From positions 171,864,001 through 171,928,000 of the forward strand of contig NC_042997.1 in the NCBI RefSeq assembly GCF_006345805.1: a stretch of DNA of 64,000 bases. Direction: 5' to 3'. Shown in pieces: positions 48,500 to 62,059 of this stretch. The notes beneath the pieces are model-generated. The model ran no database searches. It was given only the letters and a program-made list of their open reading frames with translations, and had not been told where the DNA came from. The stretch comes from Octopus sinensis. Taxonomy: Eukaryota. Each line of letters opens with the position of its first letter. Positions within the stretch are counted from its first letter, which is position 1. The position numbers and the translations under genes were made by a program.

Positions 48500-48692
48500 G
48501 GGTGGCTTAGTGATTAAGGTGTTGGATTGTGGTTTTGATTCCTGGACCAGGTGATGCATTGTGTTCTTGAGCAAAACACTTTATTTTCACGTTGCACCAG
48601 TCCACTCAGCTGGGGAAAATGAGTAATCCTGCAATGGACCAGCGTCCCATCCAGGTGGGAAACATATGCACCATGAAACTGGGAAACTAGCC
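48500..48692 (+). mobile_element. SINE family C
   Basis: TGGCTTAGTG head, CTTGAGCAAAACACTTT, CCTGCAATGGACCAGCGTCCCATCCAGG. Confidence 0.8.
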
Positions 48693-50263
48693 CAGGTAAT
48701 TTTATCTCTTTATCTTATGGCAGATATGAGAGGGTGTTCAGGGGAAAGAGGCATTTTCTGGATATATAATGGTAAGTGATAATGCTGGGAGCGTGGGATG
48801 GAGAAAAAAAAAGCGATTCCAAGAAGAGGCATAACTAGTGGCACATGAATGGGAAAGGAATATGTGCAGTTCTGCTCTCATATAATTACAGTAGCTGAGA
48901 AATAAAGCATTAATATATGTGTGTATATATGTATGTATGTGCATGTATATGTATGTATATACTTATATATATATTTGTCCATATGTATATATACACCCAC
49001 GCACATACACATATATATATATAGACATATATACAAATATATATATATAAATATATATGAAGCAACCTTAACAATAGCTAATACCTTTAATGTGTATAAA
49101 ATTTTTCCTTTCTGAATCAGTTCATAAAATAAATCACATCCTATATTGCATATATTTCCTGTGCTTTTTTTTTTCTCCTTAAAATTTCTTTTTATCTTTC
49201 AACATCAAAACTATAAACCTGAAACTGTTTTAATCAATAAAAATGCTCCAATTTGCACTTTTCTCTGCTACTTAACAAGAGAGAGATAGAAGCAGAAGCA
49301 CATATTTCTTCTTGAGCTGATTGCTTATTTCAACAGACTTATCTGTAATCCAAGCCTAGCTGTCTAATCCAATACGATAAATGCAGATGCTGTTTATTTT
49401 CATGGTGACAATCTTTAGAAGACTCTCTTTGACGTGTGTCACATTTTCAGGACACTCAAACCAGTGGAGAAGCAAGTAATCTCACTTATAGAATGTTGAC
49501 TGACCTTTATTGTCAGTAAAATCAGTTAATTTTGGTATATTTGCTTCTAACTTGAGTAAACACAAATAGGATTCTAACTACAAAATACAGCTATCAGTTG
49601 TTGACACTATGTACACAGCTGAAGTTAAACTCAAGATGGAGTACTGCTCTTGTGTACGGGATACTGCTGCAGTTATTACTATGAGTACTACTACTGCTGC
49701 TACTACTGTTATTCAGATAACTGTCTTAAGATTTGAATTTAAAGAGAAAACTACCTGACAAATTACAACCTCTAGTGTGTCAACATGCTATCTCTATCTT
49801 TCTTCTGATAATTCTACTGACATTACAATGGCATCTCCTTCTCAGAGTTACTTAAGCTTTTTGAAACATATTCATCCTTTCCTCTATTATCAATCCAACT
49901 GCATCCTATACAGATATATATATCATCATCATCATTTAACGTCCGTTTTCCGTGCTAGCACGGGTTGGATGGTATATATATATATATACATATATACATA
50001 TACACACACATACTCACACACACACATGCACAAACACAATCATCATCATCATCATTGTCGTTGTCGCCATCATTACCAATGTTTTAATGTCCACTTTTCT
50101 ATGGTTGCCTGGGAGGAAGAGAATTTGTGGAGGCAGATTTTCTACTTGATGCATGCTCTTCTAGTCACCAACTCTTACCTGTTTCCAAGTAAGGTAATAT
50201 TTCACCATAACCAGACATATTTACACAGAAGATTAAAAAATGTCAAGATACACACACACACAC

Positions 50264-50335
<72 letters not shown>

Positions 50336-50355
50336 GTATGTATATATATATTTTT

Positions 50356-50687
50356 AGACCCCCTTCGGTCATGAGTGACCATGGGTTTGCACCGAGAGAG
50401 TTACCCTCTGAGACACAAGTCTGGGCAAGGTTGTTTTATGGAAGACCAGTAGTCGTCCATGCATACCGGACTCCCCTCTCTACGCCGCCAGTGTTATCCA
50501 AGGGAAAGACAAAGGTCGATACAGCTTGGCACCTGTGACGTCGCAACTCATTTCTACAGCTGAGTGAACTGGAGCAACGTGAAATAAAGTGCCTTGCTCA
50601 AGAACACAACACGCAGCCCGGTCCGGGATTCGAGCTCACAACCTCACGATCGTAAGCTCGACGCTCTAACCACTGAGCCATGCGCCT

Positions 50688-50692
<5 letters not shown>
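50356..50692 (-). mobile_element. SINE family C head with a third tail type, young
   Basis: Intact A and B boxes (TGGCTCAGTGG; GCTCGAATCCC), CpG-rich, tail ending ...CATGACCGAAGGGGGTC. Confidence 0.88.
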
Positions 50693-50784
<92 letters not shown>

Positions 50785-50803
50785 ATCTATATATCTATCT
50801 ATC

Positions 50804-50844
<41 letters not shown>

Positions 50845-51238
50845 TATATACATATACATACATATACAAATATATATGTATATATGAGTGTGTGTGTGTG
50901 TGCGTGTGTGTGTGTGTGTGTGTGTCTGTGTATACATATATTTTTTTCTTAATATTTAGCAGAAGTAACAGAGTAACTCAAGGTCTGAGTGTTTTGTGCA
51001 TTGGCATTTATCGAACAAGTCACAGGTTGAAGGCCCATGAGTTTATATTGCTGTTGATAAATAGATAAATAAATATATTTTCCTAAAAGATAAGCACACT
51101 CTAAGATATAGAGTGGTAGAATATTTAGAGAAAGATAGTTATGGCAAGTCCATTGGTTACCCAGGGTTTTGCATCCAAGCGTTTTATGGACTTGAAACCC
51201 TGGGTAACCCAATGAACTGGCCATAACTGCCTTTCTCT

Positions 51239-51279
<41 letters not shown>

Positions 51280-51698
51280 CACACATATATAGGCTTTGAC
51301 CTCATATACACCAGCTCAATTTGATTTGTTCTCAGTTGAAAGACACCTGTTGTTATTTCTTGTTGTTTGTATTCCTAATTGTGTACCATGTTCTCTGTTT
51401 TTTATTTGTTTGCTTTTTTTTATTATCCTTGTTGCTGTACACATTTGCTAGCTTTCTTACAAAGGGGTCTAATACTCTTAGTCTAGACTTTTGGGGTGGA
51501 GACAACCAGATCAAACCATTGCAAGTGTAACTGCCCGAAATGGCTGTGACTTCTGGAACTTAACTGAGGAAAGAAAGCCACAAATGTCTTGTCTTTTTTA
51601 ATTGTCCTTCTAATTGCTGTTTCTCTTGTCCGCCTTTTTATCATCTATCTGCCCAAATGTTTTAATGTCTTCTGTTGCATTTTTGTTCCATTTATATA

Positions 51699-51914
51699 TG
51701 AGGGGGTGCTGAAAAGTCCAGGTTTTGGGTAAAAGAAAATACAGGAAGATTGGTTAATTATGATTTTATTGAATATGTTCCCTTCTCTGATTCACACACT
51801 TATTGCAGTGGTCCTTCAGTTTTTCTAAGCCCTGTAAAAGAACTTGGAAGGTTGGCCCTCCAACCAGGCCATTTGTGATACCCTTGAAGCCAGGAACGTT
51901 TCAGCACACCCTCA
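51699..51914. mobile_element. Mariner-type MITE
   Basis: TIRs TGAGGGGGTGCTGAAAAGTCCAGG / CCAGGAACGTTTCAGCACACCCTCA, with TA on both flanks. Confidence 0.82.
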
Positions 51915-52007
51915 TACATACATACATACATACATACATACATACATACATACATACATACATACACACATACATATAGATACACACACACACACACATA
52001 TATATAT

Positions 52008-52147
52008 ACTCTTTACTCTTTTACTTGTTTCAGTCATTTGACTGTGGCCATGCTGGAGCACCACCTTTAGTCGAGCAAATAACCCCAGGACTTATTCTTT
52101 GTAAGCCTAGTACTTATTCTATTGGTCTCTTTTGCCAAACCGCTAAG
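52008..52147 (-). mobile_element. SINE family A, 3' part
   Basis: Reverse-complement tail homology. Confidence 0.85.
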
Positions 52148-52162
52148 TGTATATATACATAT

Positions 52163-52233
<71 letters not shown>

Positions 52234-52437
52234 TATATATACACACACATACATATATATACACTTAGTCTTCAACTCTTTGTCAGTTCCAAGTTCTGTT
52301 CTTGGATGTTTCCTGAAGTATATCAGCTCTGTCATTGTTTTTTTCCCTTGTTTTCCTTTAATGTTTTCCTGTCTTTGGAAGATAAAGAATTGTGAGACTC
52401 TCCAAAATTTCTCATAGTGCAACGTAGCCAGTTTTGG

Positions 52438-52477
<40 letters not shown>

Positions 52478-52796
52478 AATATCATCTCACAATATTTAAC
52501 TGGTACTTAATGTATCAACACAGAAGGATGAAAGGTAAAGTTAACCTCAGTGTGCAAACAGAAGAACAAATATCATGTGTGCTGCATGGTTTTTTTAATG
52601 TTATAATCATTTCCATGGGTGGTAGAGATATTGAATTTTAAAAGATGAATCATGATGGAGAATAATTCCTCCTTCCAACTCAATATAACTCTTACATCTC
52701 TCAGTCTAGTGCATGTTTGTGTATGCATGTATGTTTGTGTGTGCTTATGTAGGTTACTTTGTGTCTGTGTATGTGTATGCACGTGTGTGTGTGTGT

Positions 52797-52832
<36 letters not shown>

Positions 52833-52881
52833 GTGTGTGTGATTATTTGTGTTTGCATATTTAGGTATATATAATCTAGGT

Positions 52882-53000
52882 ATGTGGCTTAATTGTTAGG
52901 GTATTTGGCTCACGATCATAAGGCCATGAGTTCAATTCTCAGTAATGCATTGTGTCCTTGAGCAAGATACTTTATTCCACATTGCTCCAGTCCAATCAGC
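52882..53000 (+). mobile_element. SINE family C, 5' part
   Basis: TGTGGCTTAATTGTTAGGG head and CCTTGAGCAAGATACTTT. Confidence 0.75.
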
Positions 53001-54414
53001 TTTTTACTTCATGGTGCATTAGAGAGAAAATTAAAAAATACTGTTCTCAGGGAAAATTAAAAAACATTAAATTTTAAAATTCATCCTCTTAAAAAAAGAA
53101 GAGGTCACATAATGTGATCTTGTGTTCCCTGTACATTGGAAAACAGACAGGTTTGTCATGGCTAGAATGCCTTTGGTCATAGGTCTACTCATAGAGCCAA
53201 GCTGGGGTCACACAACAACAACCACTTGGTCCAGCCTTTTGTTACGTTTTCTCATGATGTTGGATATCATATGATCTAACTTCATTTATTCTTCTCATGT
53301 CTTTCTCTATTATAGACACCTTTCAATGACAGCATATAGTACATGTCCATCCATCCATCACACATTGTCCATTTATCACTTATTGATACCAGCTGAGTTC
53401 TTTACTAAGCCTTTAATACTCAATCATTTTCTCAGTTCATATGTTTGCCTACCCTCTGTATAAATATTAACTAGCTTATCACTTTTATATGAATAGAATG
53501 GCCTCAACTGCTGCTACCAAGTATTGTGCTGTAGTGTACTGGTTCACTGCAAGAGTTATGTGGGTGTGTGCTGGGATTCTTAAAAATATAATTTAAGACT
53601 TCAAAAACCCTGTACTAAGTTGTGAACATCTTAGAAAATGTGTTTATTGAAAAATGTTTTCTTATGCAAGTATGATTAATAATTTTAACCTTGTTGTGTT
53701 GTGTTCCTGCTTTAGAAGGAATGATTTAAATGTCATCTCTGCCGGATTCCCACAAAAAGCAGTAATAAGCAACATACGTAGAAAAAGAAGATATAATTCT
53801 AAACTCAGTCAGCTGATCACATATTGCAGCTTTGTAGTCAAATGTGTTTATGACTCATTGCTAATGGTCCCCTCCATAGCTGTTACTCCTTTTGGTTTTT
53901 AATCAAAAAAGCCCTGATTTTGTGATGAGGCGAGTGTGTAATGAACCCAACACTTCATCTTATAAACAAGCAAGGCCTAGACTCTTTGCAGTTGAGGAAA
54001 TTACTCATTTCGTTTAATATCCGCTTTCCATGCTAGCATGGGTCGGACGATTTGACTGAGGACCAGTGAACCATATTTTTTCTTCAGACAAAGAATTTAC
54101 ACTTACACCAGCAATGAGAGTGATTTTGACAATCAAACAGGTGAAAGAGATGGGGTAAGTAGTGATTCAGGTGAACAAATATGGTAGATGAGATATAGAC
54201 CTATATTGTTATTCTCCTGAATTTTTTTTTTGATTCTGTTCATCAGTTTGCCTAATAAATATGGCATTCAAGAGAAAGGTCTATTATTGTTATTTTCCTG
54301 AATATTTTTGAAATTTTGTCCATTCGTTTACCTGCGCTTGTTAATCTTGAGCTGTATAAACAACCATTTATTTTTGTTCAAGAGCCCAGGTGGAGGATAA
54401 AGTTTAACACAAGG

Positions 54415-54645
54415 GCCCAGGTCTGAGAAGATTAAATTTGGATACAAGACCAACAATTTCAGTGGGAGGGGCTAGTCAAGTGTACCGACCCCAGTACTAT
54501 ATTGGTATTTTATTTTATTGGCCCCAAATGAATGAAAGGCAAAACTGACCTCAGTAAGATTTGAGTACATCACATAAGGAACTAGAAGAAATATTGTTAA
54601 GTACTTAGTTCAACATGTTAATGTTTCTGCCAGCTCACTATCTTT
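54415..54645 (-). mobile_element. SINE family B, diverged
   Basis: TGAAAGGCAAAACTGACCTCAGTAAGATTTGA matches the family B core in reverse. Confidence 0.65.
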
Positions 54646-54650
54646 ACAGG

Positions 54651-55229
54651 CAGTGTTTCTCAACCTTATTACCCTTGCATAACCTTTAAAATAAATTACA
54701 TGTCTCAAGGAACACGTGCACAAAAAAAAAATTATATACCATATCTTTCTCATATTTTTTCATCTTAGTTCACATGGTAAATGTCATATATATCATCATC
54801 ATCATCGTTTAACGTCCGTTTTCCATGCTAGCATGGGTTGGACAGTTCGACCAGGTTCTGGGAAGCCAGGGGCCTGCACCAAGCTCCAGTCTGATCTGGC
54901 AGTGTTTCTACAGCTGGATGCCCTTCCTAACACCAACCACTCCATTGAGTGTAGTGAGTGCTTTTTACATACCACCTGCACAGGGGCCAGGGGAGGCTGG
55001 CAACGGCCATGATCGGTTGGTGTTTTTTACATGCCACCAGCACGGAAGCCAGTCAAGGCAGCGCTGGCATTGGCCACGTTCAGCTGGTGCTTTTTACATG
55101 CCACCGGCACGGGTATCACAACTACAATTTATATATATATATATAAATCATGAAATTAACATTAGCTATCTCACTCTTTCTCGCAGAACCCCTAGGAACT
55201 TTTTGCAGAAGCCCAGTTGAGAAATGCTG
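54651..55229. mobile_element. hAT-type MITE with an internal RTE 3'-UTR insertion (54791-55135, minus)
   Basis: TIRs CAGTGTTTCTCAAC / GTTGAGAAATGCTG. TSD-like TTTACAGG / TTCACAGG. Confidence 0.85.
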
Positions 55230-56277
55230 TTCACAGGTATAATAAATAAAACCACAGTAAGCTACAGTTTTCTATATTTTTTTCTAAATTTCAAAATTTA
55301 AAACAGTTCTTTTTTGTTTAACTTTCCCTGTGAAGAGCACCAATACTTTTTATTTGATCTCCAGTGTGTCATAAAGTTAAAATAAAAACAACCAAAGATC
55401 AGAAGGCAGTAGCATAACTAATAACAGTTGTATTATAAATTCTAAAACAATAAAGCAGCAATTGAAAAACAGTCTTGTATAAGGTATAATGTTGTTAAGT
55501 ATTGACTGTAGAAATATTAGCTTATTTTGGAAGAGCCATATTAAAACTGATAGACAAACTGCTTGTTTCTTACCATAAGGTAAATTTTCTGTAACCCTTT
55601 AGTGTTCAGATTAATTTGTCAAATATAATGCTTATCTGTTCACATTAATTTTGATTTATTCAGGTTCAAGTAGGGTGTTCGCAATATTTGCTTGTAACTT
55701 TGTTAATTTTCTACATACAGATTTGAAATTTTGTAAATGGGTGCTTATATGCCAGTGGTTTATAGTTACATAATTTTAACTGATCATTCTGATTAAATTT
55801 GACTTTTATGGACAGGTAAATTTAATTAAAAGGTGTAAAAACAATAACATTATGAATAAACACTAAAATTCATATTCTTAATACATCTTACCTGTTTAAT
55901 TTGTAACTAAAATTATCCCAGATGTCAATTGCCAACAATTTTACATTTTACAAGATGAGGTACATTAATTTGAATTAATAAAAATACAGGTGTAATCAGT
56001 ACAAGATTTTAGTCTTTCTCTATATTTTATTCAAACATTTTCATTGAAAATAATGTACAAAACTCTTTTACTAGTCAATATAGCATTGGCTGTGTACTCT
56101 TATACAATTTAATGAATTCATTTACGTAACAGAATGCAACTAATAAAAGAAAGCTCATTAACAGGTGAGACAAAGGTGAATACAGGTGTGTAACATACTG
56201 AAAATTAATATGTATTTCTCACTTTCACATATTATTTATAATAAAATGAAAAGGAATATATGATAAAATAATATCTT

Positions 56278-56572
56278 TTTCTTTTATCTTTTATCTTTTA
56301 CTTGTTTCAGTCATTTGACTGCGGCCATGCTGGAGCACTGCCTTTTAGTCGAGCAAATCGACCCTGGGGCTTATTCTTTGTAAGCCCAGTACTTATTCTA
56401 TCGGTCTCTTTTGCCGAACCGCTAAGTGACGGGGATGTAAACACACCAGGGGAACAAACACAGACACACAAACACATACACACACATATATATATATACA
56501 TATATACGACAGGCTTCTTTCAGTTTCCGTCTACCAAATCCAGTCACAAGGCATTGGTCGGCCCGGGGCTAT
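56278..56572 (-). mobile_element. SINE family A, 5'-truncated
   Basis: Reverse-complement homology. Confidence 0.88.
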
Positions 56573-56584
56573 ATATAGTTATAA

Positions 56585-58212
56585 AATAATATAGTTATGA
56601 CATATTTCTGCCATGAAACTACCCAAAGCACCCTTTACACAAAGGCACTTTGCAAAAAGAACACATATATGAAGTCTTAATCTGATATCCTTTTGCAGTT
56701 TTTCTTTTTTGCTGTGAACACAGTCTGCAAACTTTCTTCCATTTATCTTTTCGACTTTATGAAAGTCAATATTTTCTCTGTTGACATCCACCTCAGTTAA
56801 TTTTGCTTTTCTCCCAGTTCTGTGCTTTCTAGAAGAAAAAGCCCTCACATAAGTGAGATGTAATGTCAACTTGAAAGTTCAAATGGTTGTAGTCCTTTGG
56901 TGGCTTTTTACATATACAATATATGAATTAACTATAGTTAAATTAACTAAAAACCGCAAAATGTACCTCTACCATTTCTTCCCAGGTTGACCGATATTGG
57001 TCAGATTTATCAACCCCACCCTTATATTTGTTACAACAAATATTCACTAGGGGTTTTCTCTAGGCACCAACACCAGGTTGTTCATTAGTAGACAGAAATA
57101 AAATTTGTCTTTTGTCTTTGAAAGCAGTAGCTAATAAATTTTCCTTTTGCATTTGTAAAATATCCCCTCTTTTTTTTAATTTTGTTTTCATTTCATGGGG
57201 TAAACCTTTACAGTTGCCCATAACAGTACTGCACATGTAAGTACTTACATGGGCAAGATTTTCTGCCAAAGCCATTGAAGAAAAAAATGGTCAAAATAGA
57301 GGTGTCAGTGCTGATGGTGAAATGGTTCAATAAGAGACCATACTACATCATGTCCTAATCCATGTGGTCTGTTTCCATTATATTTTCTACCTGTGTGAAC
57401 ATCGAAATTTACACAATATCCAGAGTCTGATTAGCAAACTTCTTATACCTTGATCCTCCATTTAGTGGGTTTGGCAGGCATGTACTGCCGAAAATGTACT
57501 CTGCCCTTATAGCCTATAATGGTTTCATCTACACTGAGATTTTTCCCAGGTAGATACACAGTTTTATAATTATTAAAGAGTAAATCAATTAAAGGGTGTA
57601 CTTTGTACAGGGGATCATAGTTTGGGTCATTTTCCTGGGGGCATTAGCAGAATCAAATGTAAATACTGAGATATTTTCGAATACCTCATCTTTGACATTA
57701 TACTTGAGATATGGATCACCATATCTTATATCAGGACTCCAGTAGTTCCACAGTCAAGGAAGCTGTTTAACACCAAACATAATATTGATTGTGAAAAACT
57801 CTCTCATTTCTGCAGTATAAGTTGGCTGCCTTAGTGGAACGTTTCTTCCACAAATAGAAATTACACGTTGTGCATATTTGTTTGTTTCCTCCATAACATT
57901 TTCAAAACAACTTTCCGGTAAAAGTAAAAATAGATAGTCCAATGGTCGAGCATCAGGAGGTAAATTGTGTTGTGGACCAGTGTTTTCTGGGAAATCAGGA
58001 ATAGTGATTGGTGTTGTAATCTTTGACCATCATGCCATGCTTACGATATCATTTTCATCACTTTTGTTTCCAAAATCTTCCTCGTCCAACGAATATTCGC
58101 TAATATTGATATCAGATTCATCCGAAGACAAAATACTCTTGTTTTCATTTATATTTTCTATATCATCAAGAGTAAAACCTTCAAAGTTGGAATCACTACC
58201 TGCTGACGCCAT
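56585..58212 (-). pseudogene. piggyBac transposase (PGBD-like), decayed
   Basis: Acidic N-terminus, PLDYLFLLLP...VMEETNKYA, LSVDETII..KGR..FRQYMPAKP.KW.IKV, LYFDHFFSS, ILFLST, DYN, Cys-rich C-terminus. Many stops and frameshifts. Confidence 0.9.
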
Positions 58213-58264
58213 TTCATTAAAAACTAAGGTACAGACTTCTCTTCAAACATTGAAAAAAACCCAT

Positions 58265-60326
58265 TCTTTTAAGGGGCCGACAAAGAGGTGACAACACAAA
58301 CACATGTGGGGACACATAACACAAATAAATAAAATTTCAAAATAAAATTAAAATTATGATAATATGAATGAATAACGAAAATGAAAAAAATGGAAACGCA
58401 CTGCTTGCCCCACCTCAAGCAGCATCACTTACTTCCTTTTATCTTGGGAGTCCTTTTAACATGTTCAAGTCGAGTTTTTCTAATAGTTCCTTATAACCAA
58501 TAGGATCTTTTCGGTTTGAACGGCAGTTTTTTCTAGCTGTGTCATATGAAATTGTCACCCATAATTATGACCCTAGTACTGATCTATTGCATTTCAATCT
58601 GTTTTAGGGTTAGGGTTAGAGTTAGGGTTAGGGTGAGGGAAGGGTATCTTTTTTCCTTCAGAAATGTAAATAAACCCAATCTGTTTCTTAAATGAGGGAC
58701 ATATTCATACGGCACAGAATGTTTTCACCTCAATAGACGTCATTGATTGGTTGAAATTGCAGAAATTGAAAAAAAACCCGACAAATATCTTACAAACAAT
58801 AGAATTTTCTCAATAAAGCCAAGAGAAAAAGATGTTTTATAAACACATTCTACCAGTATACGAAGTTTAAAAGTGTTTAGCGGCGTGGAAATTATTTTTA
58901 AAAAACTGACGTTCAAACCGAAAAGATCCAACTAATATTGTCCATTATCCTTTACAAGTCTGCATAAATTTTCCACTATGTATAACCTTCTTTACATTTC
59001 TTTACTTTTTCCATTTGTTTCTCTGGAAGTAGAACCCACGTGTGCCACCCTAAGGTGTTGGATATCCTTCAACATTCACAAATTTCCCTGTTTTCCATTC
59101 TGTTAGCTTACAAATCAGTTCCTTGTTCTCCCTATCCATCAAAAAATATACATAACTAGATTCACAGGGAGGGGAGTTTTGTATATTTTGTTGTGTTTTC
59201 TTTCTCTTTTTATTTGGACTGTGTAGGATGGAAATTGGTGGGTTTGGTGTCTGTAGGGAGAGAGCGAATCTGAGATGGTGTGGGTGGGGTGGATATGGCT
59301 TGGGGTTCCACTTCACAGAGTTCCTTCTTCCTCTTCTTCTTCCTCTGCTACTGTCCACATTTCTTCCTTTTTCTTTTCTTCCTCCTGTAAATCCTCTTGC
59401 TTATTCTCTAACTCCTTTTCAGCTTTTTCCAGATTTTGCTTCTGTAGAGGACAGTGTACTCTAATGTGGCCAAAAAGGCCACCTTTAAAACAACGAGGGG
59501 TTCTGCCCTCTACCCACACTTTCAAAATCATGTCACTGATAGTAACCGTCTCTGCCAATCTTTCCAGGGTTTCTACCTTGGCCTGTACAATGAGGTCTAG
59601 CATTTTTCCTTTCCACATCGACCCTTCCGTTTCTGTGACCTGGAGGATGGCCACTTTCTAGGAGGACAGCTGCCGCAACCCATGCCACATCTATATCTGA
59701 AGGGACACCCTCCACCCTAATCTTGGAAGTTCTTCTACCAAGATAAGTAGGTAGAAGGACCTCTTTGTCTTCACTGTTTACGGCTTTCCTCTTTGCTGTT
59801 CCCTCTGTTCTGAATTGTACAACGACCGTCCCGTACCTGCTTCCTCTTGCCAAAAACTCTACATCCCTCCATACCATGCACAACGCATTCTCAGTTATTT
59901 GTTCTTCCATGTGTTCGATCTCTTATCCCTCCATCGAGTAGACTTTGTATCCTATGGTTTTCTTAACCATGTCATCCATTACTTTCTGGGGTCGGGACAA
60001 CTTTACATCACCACCCACTCTGCTTGATATCTTTTGATATCTTTTCATACTTGACATGTCTATCTCCTTCTTCTTCACTTCTGTCACTTCTGCAAAACTT
60101 TTCCTTTCCAAGCACTTGTCCGTCCTGTCCACAGCCATAACTAGTTCCTCCTCCGAAGAAGACAACTCCAAACCATTCAGGTCTGAATAACACATCCTTC
60201 CACAAGCCATTGCTATCTCTCATTCATATGGAGAGAAAGCACAATCAAAAAGCCGCTGCAGAGCAGCAACAAATTTTCACTTCCAATACTTACAACCAAC
60301 AGCATCAAAAGAGCATGGAGACACAT
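58265..60326 (-). mobile_element. ORF1-only retroposon unit B (Tx1/L1-like ORF1, no RT), interrupted by a MITE
   Basis: RRM-like LLPTYLGRRTSKIRVEGVP and knuckle RCFKGGLFGHIRVHCP. Its 5' UTR and 3' UTR (GAGGTGGGGC, TGTCCCCACATG, GCCCCTT) align with unit A. Confidence 0.75.
58503..58929. mobile_element. MITE with 29-bp TIRs and internal telomere-like (TTAGGG)n
   Basis: GGATCTTTTCGGTTTGAACGGCAGTTTTT / AAAAACTGACGTTCAAACCGAAAAGATCC (1 mismatch). TTAGGG units at ~58605-58635. Confidence 0.8.
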
Positions 60327-60346
60327 AAACGTTGAAAAAAACCATT

Positions 60347-62059
60347 GATTTTTTATTACCCACAAGGGGCGAACACAGACGGGACAATACATAACATGTG
60401 GGGACATATAACAAAAAAAACATATAACAAAAAACATGTGGGGACATAAAACAATAAAAAAAAATCAATGTAGAGAATATGGGATGATAATGAAAATGAG
60501 AAAAATGCAATGAAACTACCCGGCCCCACCTCTTAGCAATTCCATTTCTGCCTTTTAACAGCTCTTATACCTTGAACCTTCTAAACTATCTTCATCATGT
60601 TCTTCCAACAATTTTTCATTTGCTAAAAGGTCTAGTAGTTTGTTCCAATCAAGTTCCACTTCCCACCAATCATATCCACTTTCATGCCTTGCCAACCTCA
60701 CCTTTTGTTCCTCTGTGGTTACCACACATTGGTGCCACCTCTTAACATTGTCATACCCCTCTGTTTCCACTTCTTTATACTCTTCCCATGTCATTACCGC
60801 CTTATATAATTCCTCATTTGAATCATCACACATTATTACAATACATTTTTTCCTTTTCTGCTTGGCTGGAGGGAGCTTGACGGTTTTTGTGTGTACTTGT
60901 TTCCTTTTCCTTTTTTTTTTGTGTTGGAGAGGAATGTGTAGGAGGGGAATGTCTGTGGGGGGAGTAGATGTGTGTAGGGGTGTGTGTCTTGGGGTTTAGA
61001 GTTCGAAACACTTGCGTTCTTTCTCTTTCTTCCAGCGACTTTTTCCCACTTGTTCTCCATTGCTACTATTTCCTCCTCCTTTTTGGTTTCTTCCACTTTT
61101 CTGGAACTCTCCAACCTCTCTTCCTTTTTCTCCTTCATATTCTTTAGTTGCTTCTCCTCTGCTTTTTTGGTCTGTGAAGGGCAGCCCACTCTAATGTGGT
61201 TCATTTAGGCCACATTTAAAGTATCTGGGGACTCTGCTCTCCACCCTGACCATCATTATCACATCATCCATAATTATTGACTCTGTAATATTTTCCAGAG
61301 TCTTGGTTGATCCTTGAACAATCAGGTTCAGTGTTTGTCGCTTCCATATCATGCTTTCCTTTTTCGTGGCCTGGAGAACCACCTATGTTGTCCCCATTTC
61401 CAAGAAGGGCAGCGTCTGCTATCCAGACCACATCAGTCTCTAGCAGAATTCCTTCTATGCTGATTCTTGTTGTTTTTAGTCCTCGGTAAGTGGGCAGAAG
61501 CACCACTTCCTCACTCTTGATGAATGTCGCTGCTGGCTTCCTTGCTGTTGCCACATCCTCTACTACTCCAAACATCAAACCTCTTGCGAGGTACATGATA
61601 TGACTCCATATCAATCTCAGAGCCTTTTCCACCTGGTCCGTAGTCACAATGTCAATTTTTCAATTACTCATCGAAAAGGTTCGGTACTTTATTGTCCTTT
61701 CCTTACGTGTCTTTTGGGGTGGGGGGACAGCTTCACCTCAAAACCATCCCGACTTACTAAATCTTTATACCTTCCAAATTTTCCATTATCCATTTCTCCT
61801 GGTATTTTGCCATGTCGGCAAAATTCCTCTTCTCCTTCATCAATTGATCATCCATCTTCAGGACTGCCTCCAACAATTCCTCTTCCAACTACGATATGTC
61901 TGAGAAGCTATAGTCTTCAACACACATTTTTTTTACTAAAGCTATCTCTCCTCTCACGAGAAAAGAAAGCACAAACAAACAAACCGCTGCAAAGCAGCAC
62001 AACACGTTCAAATACTATAGAAAAAAACACCAGTACAAAAAGCAAAGTATAAAATATAC
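60347..62059 (-). mobile_element. ORF1-only retroposon unit A
   Basis: LLPTYRGLKTTRISIEGI, RYFKCGLN.HIRVGCP, K/E-rich coil, C-terminal domain, 3' UTR and tail GCCCCTTGTGGGTAATAAAAAA. No RT. Confidence 0.78.

Noticed and set aside
50620-50692. tRNA genes at SINE heads (also 31320-31391, 20437-20510 and others)
   Set aside because: A and B boxes are present but there is no complete cloverleaf, and each continues into a SINE body.
56585-58212. Domesticated PGBD host gene
   Set aside because: Numerous stops, frameshifts and an internal deletion indicate a dead transposon copy.
58605-58635. True telomere or chromosome fusion site
   Set aside because: Only about five imperfect units, enclosed by MITE TIRs.
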